Source: Actinomycetes bacterium
GTDB taxonomy: Bacteria > Actinomycetota > Acidimicrobiia > Acidimicrobiales > Ilumatobacteraceae
Direction: 5' to 3'
Assembly (NCBI GenBank): GCA_037138315.1
Contig: JBAXIP010000001.1
Span: 1 to 58,109 of the forward strand
Length of the DNA: 58,109 bases
How positions within the stretch are numbered: position 1 is the stretch's first letter; every line of letters starts with the position of its first letter. Made by a program: the position numbers and the translations under genes. Under the pieces are notes generated by a model. The model was given only the letters and a program-made list of their open reading frames with translations, ran no database searches and was not told the origin of the DNA. Positions 18,264 through 27,766 of this stretch are shown piece after piece.

Positions 18264-19622
18264 TCAGAGTGATGCGATAAGTTTTTCGACTCTTTCGTCC
18301 CGACTTTTGAACGGGTCTTTACACAAAACGGTTCTTTGCGCCTGGTCATTCAATTTGAGATGGACCCAATCAACTGTGTAATCACGTTTTTTCTCTTTGG
18401 CGGCTCGGATGAACTCCCCTCGCAAGCGAGCCCGAGTCGTCTGTGGAGGGACATCCATGGCTTCAAGAATGTCGGCATCTATGCAGACTCGCTCGACTAA
18501 GCCTCGACTCTGCATCTTGTAGAACAAGCCGCGACTCTGAACGACATCGTGATATTGCAAATCAATAAGTTGCGCCTTTGGATCCCCCAATTCAAGGCCG
18601 TTCTTGACGCAATACGAATCGATCAACTTATGTTTAATCACCCAATCAACTTCTCGGTCCAAAGAAAGTGGATCTACCTCAATCGATTCGACACAGTATT
18701 TCCACATTTCAAGAGCCTTTTGCTCATTGGGTTGAAAACCTCGAGTCTCAGCAAAATCAAGCGCTGAGTTGAGATATTCGCGTTGAATATCAAGCGCACT
18801 CACCTCGCGTCCGTTAGCCAGATTGACAGTCTTACGACACGTGATGTCGTGGCTGAAGTCGCGGATAGCACGAATCGGATTTTCAAGAGTCATATCTCGT
18901 AATGAAAATTTCGGATCCTCCATCATGCGCAATAAACAAGCGGTTGAACCGACCTTCAAAAAATTGGAATATTCACTCATATTTGAGTCTCCAACGATCA
19001 CATGAAGCCGACGATACTTTTCGGCATCCGCATGGGGTTCGTCACGTGTGTTAATAATGGGGCGGCTACGTGTAGTTGCCGAAGACATCGTTTCCCAAAT
19101 GTGATCGGCCCGTTGTGTGATCGAGTAAACCGGTCCTCGGGCCGTCTGCACAATCTTCCCAGCTCCAGTGAAAATCATTCTGGACACCAAAAAGGGAATG
19201 AGTACCGAATTATGCAAACTCGCATCGTCTTCCCGAGACGTCAGATAATTCTCATGACAACCGTAACTATTTCCTGCTGAATCGGTGTTGTTCTTAAACA
19301 AGTAAATAGTTCCGCGGATTCCTTCTTCACGAAGTCGTTCTTCGGCCGAACCGACCAAGTTCTCAAGAATCCGCTCTCCGGCTTTGTCTTGTACGACCAC
19401 GTCGTAAATCGAGTCACATTCGGCAGTCGCGTATTCGGGGTGTGAACCAACATCGAGATAAAGACGAGAACCGTTTTCAAGAAACACATTTGAACTTCGA
19501 CCCCATGACACCACTTTGCGAAACAGGTAACGGCTGACCTCATCGGGGCTGAGACGACGTTGACCGCGCAAAGTACAGGTCACTCCGTATTCATTCTCGA
19601 GGCCATAGATCCGTCGCTCCAC
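18264..19622 (-). CDS. pafA: Pup--protein ligase PafA
   Basis: 452 aa with near-collinear similarity to mycobacterial PafA as I recall it ([96 protein letters not shown]). GTG start. Confidence 0.95.
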   Translation of the reverse strand: MERRIYGLENEYGVTCTLRGQRRLSPDEVSRYLFRKVVSWGRSSNVFLENGSRLYLDVGSHPEYATAECDSIYDVVVQDKAGERILENLVGSAEERLREEGIRGTIYLFKNNTDSAGNSYGCHENYLTSREDDASLHNSVLIPFLVSRMIFTGAGKIVQTARGPVYSITQRADHIWETMSSATTRSRPIINTRDEPHADAEKYRRLHVIVGDSNMSEYSNFLKVGSTACLLRMMEDPKFSLRDMTLENPIRAIRDFSHDITCRKTVNLANGREVSALDIQREYLNSALDFAETRGFQPNEQKALEMWKYCVESIEVDPLSLDREVDWVIKHKLIDSYCVKNGLELGDPKAQLIDLQYHDVVQSRGLFYKMQSRGLVERVCIDADILEAMDVPPQTTRARLRGEFIRAAKEKKRDYTVDWVHLKLNDQAQRTVLCKDPFKSRDERVEKLIASL

Positions 19623-19685
19623 CTACAGCAAGGTAGTCGCCTTTTTGCTAGTAGCAGAACTTGTCTGACCAACAGAATCAACTTT

Positions 19686-20297
19686 TCAGCCAGACACTCC
19701 CCGACCTTGCACCGAGACATCGGCGGTCAATGAGTGAGGGTCTTGTTCTCGCAAGCACCGCACTGCCCAAGTCACGATGCTCTCTTCTTCAACCGCCGTC
19801 GCGCCTGGTGGCAAAGTGATATTGAGCAATACTTGCGTACCCTGATGGCGCACAGCGATTGTTGGCATTTTGCCTAAACGAATGACTGCGGGCAATGTTG
19901 CAAGCCGTGATTCAATAGCGGTCACAAGTCGAGGTCGCGCCCCGGTATCAAAATCTTCGACTGCTTCGATGACAGCGGTTCCCGCTGGGGTCGACCATGC
20001 AGCGAATGGGCTCTTTGATTCGGCGAAAGCTTCAATCACGGGAATGTGTCGGCGAATCGCGCAGATGGCTCCCATTTCGCGTAAACCTGGCTCGGTTTCA
20101 GCGTCTCGCACAACAAGCGCAACATCACAACCGAGTGATTCAACTGGACACATTGACGAGTTACTTGCACCGACGCACAGGGTGTGGCCTTCTGGCGGGA
20201 AGCATCGCACGACTTCGTGGCCCCGTTCGCCGAGTTGCCCCGCGAGGACGACGCCTTCCGATTGATCACCATCTACAAGCAAAATTCTCATAACCAC
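19686..20297 (-). CDS. Hypothetical Cys-rich protein with weak receiver(CheY)-like N-terminus
   Basis: 203-aa ORF with protein-like composition, lying between prcA and pafA. The N-terminus MRILLVDGDQ...CDVALVVRD...HIPVIEAFAESKSPF only loosely echoes REC-domain landmarks. The start is either GTG 20297 or ATG 20291. Confidence 0.5.
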   Translation of the reverse strand: MVMRILLVDGDQSEGVVLAGQLGERGHEVVRCFPPEGHTLCVGASNSSMCPVESLGCDVALVVRDAETEPGLREMGAICAIRRHIPVIEAFAESKSPFAAWSTPAGTAVIEAVEDFDTGARPRLVTAIESRLATLPAVIRLGKMPTIAVRHQGTQVLLNITLPPGATAVEEESIVTWAVRCLREQDPHSLTADVSVQGRGVSG

Positions 20298-20388
20298 ACG
20301 ATGACATCAGCAAAGATATTCAAGAAGCGCCACTCGTTGATTTGTACAAGGACCAAAGTCACGATCACTCGTCATTAGTTAAGAATTG

Positions 20389-21066
20389 CTACTCCTGAAG
20401 TTTGGTGACTTCTGCATCATCAAAACGTTGAAAACAGCGTCGATCTTCGCCGCGTCGCAACACTGCGACTTCAAGGTCACCGGCGTGCAATACGCGATCT
20501 GGACCTGACAAAGCTGATACGCACTTCTTCACCGCTGTTGCCAAATCGTCATCTGGCTTCCAAGAGTTGCGCAAACGTTCGGTAATTGACTCAGCGTCAC
20601 CACCAAGCACGCTTAACCCACGCTCGTCCATCAGGGTTCCGTCATACATGATGTGGAATAACTGATCGGACGCTTGATCAACACCGACCTCAGCTAACAA
20701 AATCTCGACTTCATATGGCTTGACATCGTGCGTAAAAGTTTGACCCAATATTTGGGCGTATTCATTAGCCAGACTTCGAGCTTCAACATCATCTCGTGAG
20801 TACTGGTACCCACGAACATCAGCATTACGAACACCAAAACGACGGAGTTGATCGAATTCGTTGTATTTGCCAACACCCGCAAAACCGATGCGATCATAAA
20901 TCTCGCTGACCTTACGCAATGTATTTGACGTGTTCTCAGCAACGACAACGATCCCATCGTTGTACTGAACAGCGACTAAGGCTCGTCCACGTGCAATTCC
21001 CTTTCGCGCGTAGTCCGCGCGATCCTTCATCAACTGCTCGGGAGCGACATAGAAAGGTTGGTTCAT
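20389..21066 (-). CDS. prcA: Proteasome subunit alpha
   Basis: MNQPFYVAPEQLMKDRADYARKGIARGRALVAV... is a typical bacterial 20S alpha N-terminus. It has a 4-nt overlap with prcB. Confidence 0.95.
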   Translation of the reverse strand: MNQPFYVAPEQLMKDRADYARKGIARGRALVAVQYNDGIVVVAENTSNTLRKVSEIYDRIGFAGVGKYNEFDQLRRFGVRNADVRGYQYSRDDVEARSLANEYAQILGQTFTHDVKPYEVEILLAEVGVDQASDQLFHIMYDGTLMDERGLSVLGGDAESITERLRNSWKPDDDLATAVKKCVSALSGPDRVLHAGDLEVAVLRRGEDRRCFQRFDDAEVTKLQE

Positions 21067-21872
21067 GATGTTGTTCCTTCACGTTGCGAACGTTGCTGTT
21101 GAACAAGCGTCTCAAACCGTGTTGCTAAATCGCTATCTTCGCAACGCTCCCAACCATCGGCGGAAATCGTCGCAACAACTGGGTAGATACTTCGAAGAAC
21201 ATCCGGACCGCCCGTAGCCGAATCAACATCGGCTGCTTCCCACAAAGCTCGACATGCCAAGTTGATCGCATCATCAGCGTTCATCCCTGGCCTAAACCCG
21301 ACCTTCAACACCGTCGAGGCTGGTCCACCACCAGATCCGGTCGCCACAAACTCACGCTCTTCATAGCGACCACCAGTGATATCAAAGTCCCATAGGCGAC
21401 CTGTACTTCGCAATAAGTCGTATCCCGCAAAAATCGGAACAACCGCAAGGCCTTGCATCGCACCCGAGAGATTCGCTCGCACGAGTTGGGAAAGCTGGTT
21501 GGCCTTACCTTCAAGACTGATGGGTCGACCGTCAAGCTTTTCAAAATGCTCAAGTTGAAGCTGGAAAATCTTGATCATGTCCATGGCGATACCAGCAGTG
21601 CCAGATATCGCTACTCCACTATGACGATCAGCGGGAACAACTTTTTCCATCTCACGATTTGAAATCCGCGAGCCCATTGTTGCTCGGCGATCTCCGGCCA
21701 TGACTACCCCATCGTTATAACGAACTGCAAGCACGGTTGTTCCGTGTGGCGCCTGGAGCGATTGAACGTCTCCAGAATGTGCGTACGTAAACGGGTCGAG
21801 TCCTACCTTACGCAGCAACGATGTGAAATTGCTTCCTGGATCATTTTCAAGACTAAAGAATGGAACGACCAC
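21063..21872 (-). CDS. prcB: Proteasome subunit beta (with propeptide)
   Basis: The propeptide ends ...APHG / TTVLAVRYNDGVVMAGDRRAT, exposing the catalytic N-terminal Thr. Confidence 0.95.
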   Translation of the reverse strand: MVVPFFSLENDPGSNFTSLLRKVGLDPFTYAHSGDVQSLQAPHGTTVLAVRYNDGVVMAGDRRATMGSRISNREMEKVVPADRHSGVAISGTAGIAMDMIKIFQLQLEHFEKLDGRPISLEGKANQLSQLVRANLSGAMQGLAVVPIFAGYDLLRSTGRLWDFDITGGRYEEREFVATGSGGGPASTVLKVGFRPGMNADDAINLACRALWEAADVDSATGGPDVLRSIYPVVATISADGWERCEDSDLATRFETLVQQQRSQREGTTS

Positions 21873-21875
21873 GAT

Positions 21876-22070
21876 TCATTCGCCACCCTTTTGGATGTAC
21901 GACTTCACGAAATCTTCAGCGTTACTTTCTAAAACATCATCAATCTCATCAAGCAAGTCATCTAGCTCTGCTTTCAACTTCTCACCTTGTTGGCTGGAAG
22001 CTTCTGTAGATACGACTTCTTCCGATACGCGCTCAGAGTTGGACTTTTGTTTCTGGACTCTCTCAGCCAT
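21876..22070 (-). CDS. pup: Prokaryotic ubiquitin-like protein Pup (C-terminal GGE form)
   Basis: 64 aa. ...[36 protein letters not shown] prefer the second of two adjacent ATGs (22070) because of its spacing from GAGAGGGA; 22073 is also possible. Confidence 0.9.
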   Translation of the reverse strand: MAERVQKQKSNSERVSEEVVSTEASSQQGEKLKAELDDLLDEIDDVLESNAEDFVKSYIQKGGE

Positions 22071-22187
22071 CATTCCCTCTCAGTAATTGATTCGTAGTAA
22101 CAATGAAAACTTGACATTTCGTACGTGTGGAAAATATACCGACGGTTTCTACGAGTGCTGTGATCTTGGCAGTCATTTCACCCAAAG

Positions 22188-23696
22188 TCACTTTTCTGCA
22201 CCTAAACGATCGAGCAATTCAAGCAAAGTGTCGCTTTCTGAACAAATCTGCCCCACCAAATCCTTAGTGCCCCGGAGAGGTTCCATCATGGGAACTCGGC
22301 GCAATGGCCCTCGTCCGACATCAAGAACTAAACAGTCCCAGTTAGCCGAAACAACTTGATCAGGCCACCGCTCAAGACACTGGCCGCGAAAATATGCACG
22401 CGTCGTATCGGGTGCGTGTCGAATAGCTCTTTCGACTTGAGACGTTTCAACCAAAGTTCGCAAACCGGCACGAGTTGCTAAGCATTTATCTGCTCTCATA
22501 TCGTGATACTGCAGATCAATGGCCTTGAGACGCGAGTCACCGTTTGAAAGACCGTGACGAGATTGCATTCCATCAACGATGCGTTTTTTCGCAATCCAAT
22601 CGACCATGTCAGCAACACTGTTCGGGTCCTGCTCAAGACCTGTTAACACTTCTTCCCACAGATCAATGATTCGCCGCCCAACGATTTCGCCACCAACAGA
22701 CTCAAAACCAGCCGACTTCACATAACTCACTGACTTATGGAAAAGAGCCCACTGAATGTCCATAGCGGTCATACGCGAACCATCAGCCATGAGCAGTGTT
22801 TGTTTCAATGTTGGGTCGTAACTCACTTGGCGAATTGCCGACACCGGATGGGCCAAAGTCAGATCTGCGCCAAGCACATCATCTTCAATGAGCGACAAAA
22901 TGAGTGACGTCGTCCCGACCTTCAAGAACGTCGCGACCTGCGACATATTGGCATCGCCAACAATGACGTGTAAGCGCCGATACTTCTGCGGATCGCAGTG
23001 CGGTTCATCGCGCGTGTTCACAATGGGCCGTTTCAAAGTTGTTTCAAGACCAACTTCTTCTTCAAAGAAGTCAGCGCGTTGGCTCAATTGGAAAGGTACC
23101 TGCTCAGTGGAAACTCCAAGCATTTCCGATCCGACCTTGCCGGCCCCAGCGAAAACCTGACGGGTGACGAAATGCGGAGTGATTTGCGAAACGATTCTTC
23201 CAAATGGAACATCTCGAGCAACCAGAAAATTTTCGTGACAGCCATAACTATTTCCTTTGCCATCGCTGTTGTTCTTATATAGAAGCATCTCAACACCTGA
23301 AGGCAAAGTGCGGTTCACAGCCGCCATTGAACGGCGAATGATTTCTTCTCCTGCACAGTCGTAAATCAGCGTCTCCCAAGCGTTCGCACATTCGGGAGTT
23401 GATATTTCGGGATGAGCATGGTCGACGTAATAACGCGCGCCATTTGTAAGTACTGCGTTAACGAGATGCATTTCAACTTCCGGAGGCATTGCAGATTCAA
23501 GCGAAAACCCTCGAGCATCAATTTCGGGTTGTTCATCATCAAAATTCCACGCGGGAACATCATGTTGAACGTCGCTCGAGTTCGACTCAATGTACGCATT
23601 AATCAATAACGATGAAGCCAGAACCGGATTTGAGTCGGTTCCCCGAGCCAAAATTCCGTATTCAGTTTCAATTCCAGAAACTTTGACGATGGCCAT
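22188..23696 (-). CDS. dop: Pup deamidase/depupylase Dop
   Basis: 502 aa. [80 protein letters not shown]. It is longer than PafA, consistent with the Dop-specific loop. Confidence 0.95.
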   Translation of the reverse strand: MAIVKVSGIETEYGILARGTDSNPVLASSLLINAYIESNSSDVQHDVPAWNFDDEQPEIDARGFSLESAMPPEVEMHLVNAVLTNGARYYVDHAHPEISTPECANAWETLIYDCAGEEIIRRSMAAVNRTLPSGVEMLLYKNNSDGKGNSYGCHENFLVARDVPFGRIVSQITPHFVTRQVFAGAGKVGSEMLGVSTEQVPFQLSQRADFFEEEVGLETTLKRPIVNTRDEPHCDPQKYRRLHVIVGDANMSQVATFLKVGTTSLILSLIEDDVLGADLTLAHPVSAIRQVSYDPTLKQTLLMADGSRMTAMDIQWALFHKSVSYVKSAGFESVGGEIVGRRIIDLWEEVLTGLEQDPNSVADMVDWIAKKRIVDGMQSRHGLSNGDSRLKAIDLQYHDMRADKCLATRAGLRTLVETSQVERAIRHAPDTTRAYFRGQCLERWPDQVVSANWDCLVLDVGRGPLRRVPMMEPLRGTKDLVGQICSESDTLLELLDRLGAEK

Positions 23697-23725
23697 CTAG
23701 ATCACCGCATTCAGGTGAACTGTCA

Positions 23726-25486
23726 TTACAGATACTGACCAGTTGCGCTTCGTTCAATTGCTCGTCCGCCAGCGACAGAACGATCGCTGCCTTCGTTCAC
23801 CAAAGTGCGAATGAAGACAATGCGCTCGCCCTTCTTCCCTGAGATCTTGGCCCAGTCGTCAGGGTTGGTCGTATTGGGAAGATCTTCGTGCTCACGGAAC
23901 TCTTGGCGGATTGAGTCCAAAAGATCTTGCGTACAAACGCCACGAAGACCACCAGAAATGACGCGTTTAATGGCCAACTTTTTGGCACGGCGAACAATGT
24001 TCTCGATCATCGCGCCAGATGAAAAGTCACGGAAGTACATCACCTCTTTATCTCCGTTGGCGTACGTCACTTCGAGGAAACGATTGATTTCATCCTCGCT
24101 ATACATCCTGCTCACGGCTTGAGAAATCATTTCTGAGATGGCTAGTTCAAGGCTTCCGTGCTGAGCAACTTCAGATTCAGCGATCGGAATTTCGCTGGTC
24201 AAATAACGACTAAATATTTGTACCGCGGCGCGATCGGTCGGTCGCTCAATTTTGATCTTCACATCAAGTCGTCCAGGGCGCAAGATCGCGGGATCAATCA
24301 AGTCTTCACGATTTGTTGCACCGATCACGATGACATTTCGCAAACCTTCAACACCATCGATTTCAGCCAGCAGTTGCGGAACGATGGTTGATTCCATGTC
24401 GGACGAAATCCCGGTACCACGCGTACGGAACATCGAATCCATCTCGTCAAAGAAGACGATCACGGGCCAACCCTCTTCACTCTTTTCTCGGGCTCTTTGA
24501 AAAACCAATCGAATTTGGCGTTCAGTCTCACCGACGTACTTATTGAGAAGTTCTGGACCCTTGATATTGATGAAATAACTGCGACCCTTATCGTCGCCAG
24601 TTCGAGCCGCTACTTTTTTAGCCAAACTATTGGCAACAGCTTTTGCAATCAGAGTCTTTCCGCACCCAGGCGGCCCGTAGAGCAAAATTCCTTTTGGTGC
24701 AGGTAGTTGATGTTCGGCGAAGAGGTCGTGATACAAGAACGGCAGTTCAACAGCATCGGCGATTTGCTCAATTTGGGAATCGAGACCCCCAATGTCGACA
24801 TAACTAATGTCGGGCACTTCTTCGAGCAGCAAGTCTTCGACCTCTGGGCGGGGCAATTTCTCGAGCAGTAAATTGGTTCGACTATCGCGTCGAACCGTAT
24901 CACCGCTACGTAAATGCATTCCTCGTAACGCATCGGCCAATTCGCAGACCATCTCGTCGTCAGTGCGACCCGTGACGATGGCGCGGATGCCGTCTTCGAG
25001 TACTTCTTTAATTGTGACGACGTCTCCTGAACCCTCAGACTCGCGTGCCGTCACAACATTGAAACTCTCATTCAAAACAACTTCTGAACCACGATGCAAT
25101 AACTCGATATCAATATCGGGATGCACATTGACGCGCAGTTTGCGCCCACTAGTCAGCACATCAATCGTTTGATCTTCATTTTTGCCGACGACAACGCCGT
25201 AGGCAGAGGGAGGCTGCGACAATTTGTCGACTTCATCACGCAAAGAGACGATATTTTCTCGAGCCTCGCGCAAGGTGTAACTCAATTTTTCATTTTTGGC
25301 CGATTCTTGAGCTAGTTGGCCCTTCATTTCCATCAGGCGTTCTTCAAGTTGACGGACTCGCAGCGGAACATCAGCTTGCACCCCAGTCAAGCGCAGTCGT
25401 AACGCCGCAATTTCAGCCTCTAACGTCGCTCGATCGTCGTTGAGCGTTCCGCTATCTGAGCGGGGAGCGTCAATGTCCTCGTTCAT
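23726..25486 (-). CDS. mpa: Proteasome-associated AAA ATPase Mpa/ARC
   Basis: N-terminal coiled coil, Walker [14 protein letters not shown], Walker [10 protein letters not shown] and the C-terminal ...TGQYL proteasome-docking tail. Confidence 0.95.
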   Translation of the reverse strand: MNEDIDAPRSDSGTLNDDRATLEAEIAALRLRLTGVQADVPLRVRQLEERLMEMKGQLAQESAKNEKLSYTLREARENIVSLRDEVDKLSQPPSAYGVVVGKNEDQTIDVLTSGRKLRVNVHPDIDIELLHRGSEVVLNESFNVVTARESEGSGDVVTIKEVLEDGIRAIVTGRTDDEMVCELADALRGMHLRSGDTVRRDSRTNLLLEKLPRPEVEDLLLEEVPDISYVDIGGLDSQIEQIADAVELPFLYHDLFAEHQLPAPKGILLYGPPGCGKTLIAKAVANSLAKKVAARTGDDKGRSYFINIKGPELLNKYVGETERQIRLVFQRAREKSEEGWPVIVFFDEMDSMFRTRGTGISSDMESTIVPQLLAEIDGVEGLRNVIVIGATNREDLIDPAILRPGRLDVKIKIERPTDRAAVQIFSRYLTSEIPIAESEVAQHGSLELAISEMISQAVSRMYSEDEINRFLEVTYANGDKEVMYFRDFSSGAMIENIVRRAKKLAIKRVISGGLRGVCTQDLLDSIRQEFREHEDLPNTTNPDDWAKISGKKGERIVFIRTLVNEGSDRSVAGGRAIERSATGQYL

Positions 25487-25733
25487 GCCCTCGTCTTTCC
25501 ACCAGTGCCTACCCCTGCGAAGTTACACCCCCTTGACAACTTTGGTCTTGGCGAGGTCAGAACTCAATCATTTCTCCCCAGCAATTCACAAGTGCTCAGG
25601 TCAAGGGGCATATTTTCCGACAAAAGTTCATACTGGGGTGACCGAGAAAGCGGTGTTCGGGCTATTGCCCATGTAAAGTATTCAGACCAGCGGTTAGGTA
25701 CCGCGAAGTTACCCGAGGAGCAAGCGAGCGAAC

Positions 25734-25979
25734 ATGAAGGTCTGGATTGATCAGGATCTATGCACAGGCGACGGACTTTGCGAAGAAATCTCGCCCAATG
25801 TTTTCACTCTGTTAGATGATGGTTTGGCATATGTCAAAGAAGGCGCCACGGTCTATGCAACGGCTAAAGGCCACGCACAGGGTGCTGAAGGTCTCGCCAA
25901 TATCGCCGATGGAGAGCTTGACGGCGTCATCGAATCCGCCGAGGAATGCCCCGGCGAATGCATTTTCATCGAACCCTAA
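25734..25979 (+). CDS. Small single-cluster ferredoxin (actinobacterial 3Fe-4S/4Fe-4S type)
   Basis: 81 aa. MKVWIDQDLCTGDGLCEEISPNVF ... SAEECPGECIFIE (CxxxGxC ... CP motif). GAGGAG lies upstream of the ATG. Confidence 0.8.
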   Translation: MKVWIDQDLCTGDGLCEEISPNVFTLLDDGLAYVKEGATVYATAKGHAQGAEGLANIADGELDGVIESAEECPGECIFIEP

Positions 25980-26779
25980 ATCTGCTTTGGCGCATCAGCG
26001 CTTAAGAGACGTCCGGTGGTCAAGAAACCAGTGTGAGCCACCATTCGGTGATCTGGTCGAACTGCCTGGCCTTCGATATACCAACCTCGATGCAACACTT
26101 CTAAAGTACGCGTTCCAGTCCACATGGGGTTCGCCATTGCTTCGCGTGTCTGCACGGCTTGGGTAATTGATGGTGTGTACGCCAACAAAATTCCGCCGGG
26201 TCGCATCACCTTTTGCGCATGAGGGACAACCTGCCAGGGTTCGGGCAAATCAAGAATAACCCGATCAATATCTGGAGCGTCAATGCCTTCGTAACAGTCA
26301 CGAACTTCCACGTGGTACCTCGACAAGGCTTCTTCGCCCAAGAATGAACGGACATTGGTGACAGCACGATTAGCAAAGTCTTCACGCAACTCATAGCCAA
26401 CAATGTCGGCGCCATAACGCAGCATGGTCATCGACAGCGCTCCAGAACCCACACCACTTTCTAATACTTTGACTCCCGGGCCTATGTCGGCCAGCATGCA
26501 AATCGGCGCCAAGTCTTTGGGGTAAATCACTTGCGCCCCGCGTGGCATCTCAACAACAAAATCTTCCAACGTCGGTCGTAAGGCGATATACCGCGCACCC
26601 TTTGTCGACTGAACCCGAAAGCCTTCAGGTTGACCAGCAATTTCACTGTGCGAAACGTACCCAGCATGACTATGAAATTCAGAGCCCTCAGTCAGGTTGA
26701 TCAGATAGCGGCGCTGCTTGCCGTCAATCAATAGCACTTTGTCGCCGTAAGCGAATGTTGGAGAAGTTAAGGAACTCAT
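25976..26779 (-). CDS. trmI: tRNA (adenine58-N1)-methyltransferase TrmI
   Basis: GAQVIYPKDLAPICMLADIGPGVKVLESGVGSGALSMTML (Gcd14/TrmI pattern). The position next to mpa matches M. tuberculosis Rv2118c, from memory. Confidence 0.85.
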   Translation of the reverse strand: MSSLTSPTFAYGDKVLLIDGKQRRYLINLTEGSEFHSHAGYVSHSEIAGQPEGFRVQSTKGARYIALRPTLEDFVVEMPRGAQVIYPKDLAPICMLADIGPGVKVLESGVGSGALSMTMLRYGADIVGYELREDFANRAVTNVRSFLGEEALSRYHVEVRDCYEGIDAPDIDRVILDLPEPWQVVPHAQKVMRPGGILLAYTPSITQAVQTREAMANPMWTGTRTLEVLHRGWYIEGQAVRPDHRMVAHTGFLTTGRLLSADAPKQI

Positions 26780-27765
26780 TTTTTGGAGGCCTCCGCCTGC
26801 ACACGTTTTTGCGACCGTGATTTCTTTCGAACTAATTCAACCGAAACTGGTTCGTGCGCGGCCGAGCGTTCAACTAGTCGACAAAAAGCACACACTGAAC
26901 CTTCTTCACCACCAGTTGGCGCCCCACATTGAATACATGGCGTCACGCTGTCAGCACCCGTCGCAGCAATAGTTGCCAAAACCGGGGCCATGCGATCAAG
27001 AAAGCCTAAGTAATAAGAAGATTTAGTACCAGGAGATTTTTCTTCGAGCAGATTGAGAGCTTCTTTGTATCCAATATGGCGATTGCCCTCGGCCATTGGA
27101 CATTCTTCAACGATGTAATCAATTCCGCGAATGACACACCAGGCCGCCATCTCACGTTCAGTCAAGCGAATTAAAGGCTTGACTTTTTTTGGAAAACCAT
27201 GGCGACTCGGCAAAACTGGAAGTTGTCGCGCCAAGTATTCAATGTCCCAACGCAGAGCATTACCAAAGAGAACAGCAGCCTCGTCATCAAGATTGTGTCC
27301 AGTCACGACGACGTCATATCCCCCATCAACAGCAGCCTTATCAAACAGGTGACGTTTACTCATTCCACATGCCGAACACGGAACTCGGCCGGTCACTTTT
27401 GTCGCCGTTGGAATGTCGTAGCCATAGTCATCGCGTAATGAAACAACCGTGAGCTTCAAGTTTCGTTCGCTCGCGAACCGCTCGGTGTATTCACGCGACT
27501 CTTCGCTGTATTCCCCGATACCTAAAGCGATATACAAACCGTCGGCCTGATAACCAAGTTCGACCAACATGTCCCAGACTGCCAGCGAATCTTTACCGCC
27601 TGAAACTGCCACCAACACGCGGTCAGTCTTTTGCAGCATGTCGTGATCATGAATTGCTTTTTCAACTTGACGGCGGCACATTTGCAAAAAATGCTCAGCG
27701 CAAAAATTGGCATTGTGGCGAGGTAAATCAATAATCGCTGGACCGCGACAAGTACGACATTTCAT
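26776..27765 (-). CDS. ttuA: TtuA-type tRNA 2-thiolation PP-loop ATPase (tRNA-5-methyluridine54 2-sulfurtransferase-like)
   Basis: All TtuA landmarks are present: an N-terminal zinc finger CRTC...CAEH, the PP-loop SGGKDS, Fe-S ligands CSAC plus a later ECP Cys, and a C-terminal zinc finger CIQC...CAFC. I chose ATG 27765 (1 nt after the carrier gene stop, GGAGG 8 nt upstream) rather than the track start 27801. Confidence 0.75.
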   Translation of the reverse strand: MKCRTCRGPAIIDLPRHNANFCAEHFLQMCRRQVEKAIHDHDMLQKTDRVLVAVSGGKDSLAVWDMLVELGYQADGLYIALGIGEYSEESREYTERFASERNLKLTVVSLRDDYGYDIPTATKVTGRVPCSACGMSKRHLFDKAAVDGGYDVVVTGHNLDDEAAVLFGNALRWDIEYLARQLPVLPSRHGFPKKVKPLIRLTEREMAAWCVIRGIDYIVEECPMAEGNRHIGYKEALNLLEEKSPGTKSSYYLGFLDRMAPVLATIAATGADSVTPCIQCGAPTGGEEGSVCAFCRLVERSAAHEPVSVELVRKKSRSQKRVQAEASKK

Positions 27766-27766
27766 G

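Noticed and set aside
25500-25700. C-rich runs (ACCCCT, ACCCCC) suggesting a 6C-type small RNA in the mpa-ferredoxin spacer
   Set aside because: I could not fold two stable stem-loops with C-rich loops. The runs are short, and the genomic context differs from known 6C loci.
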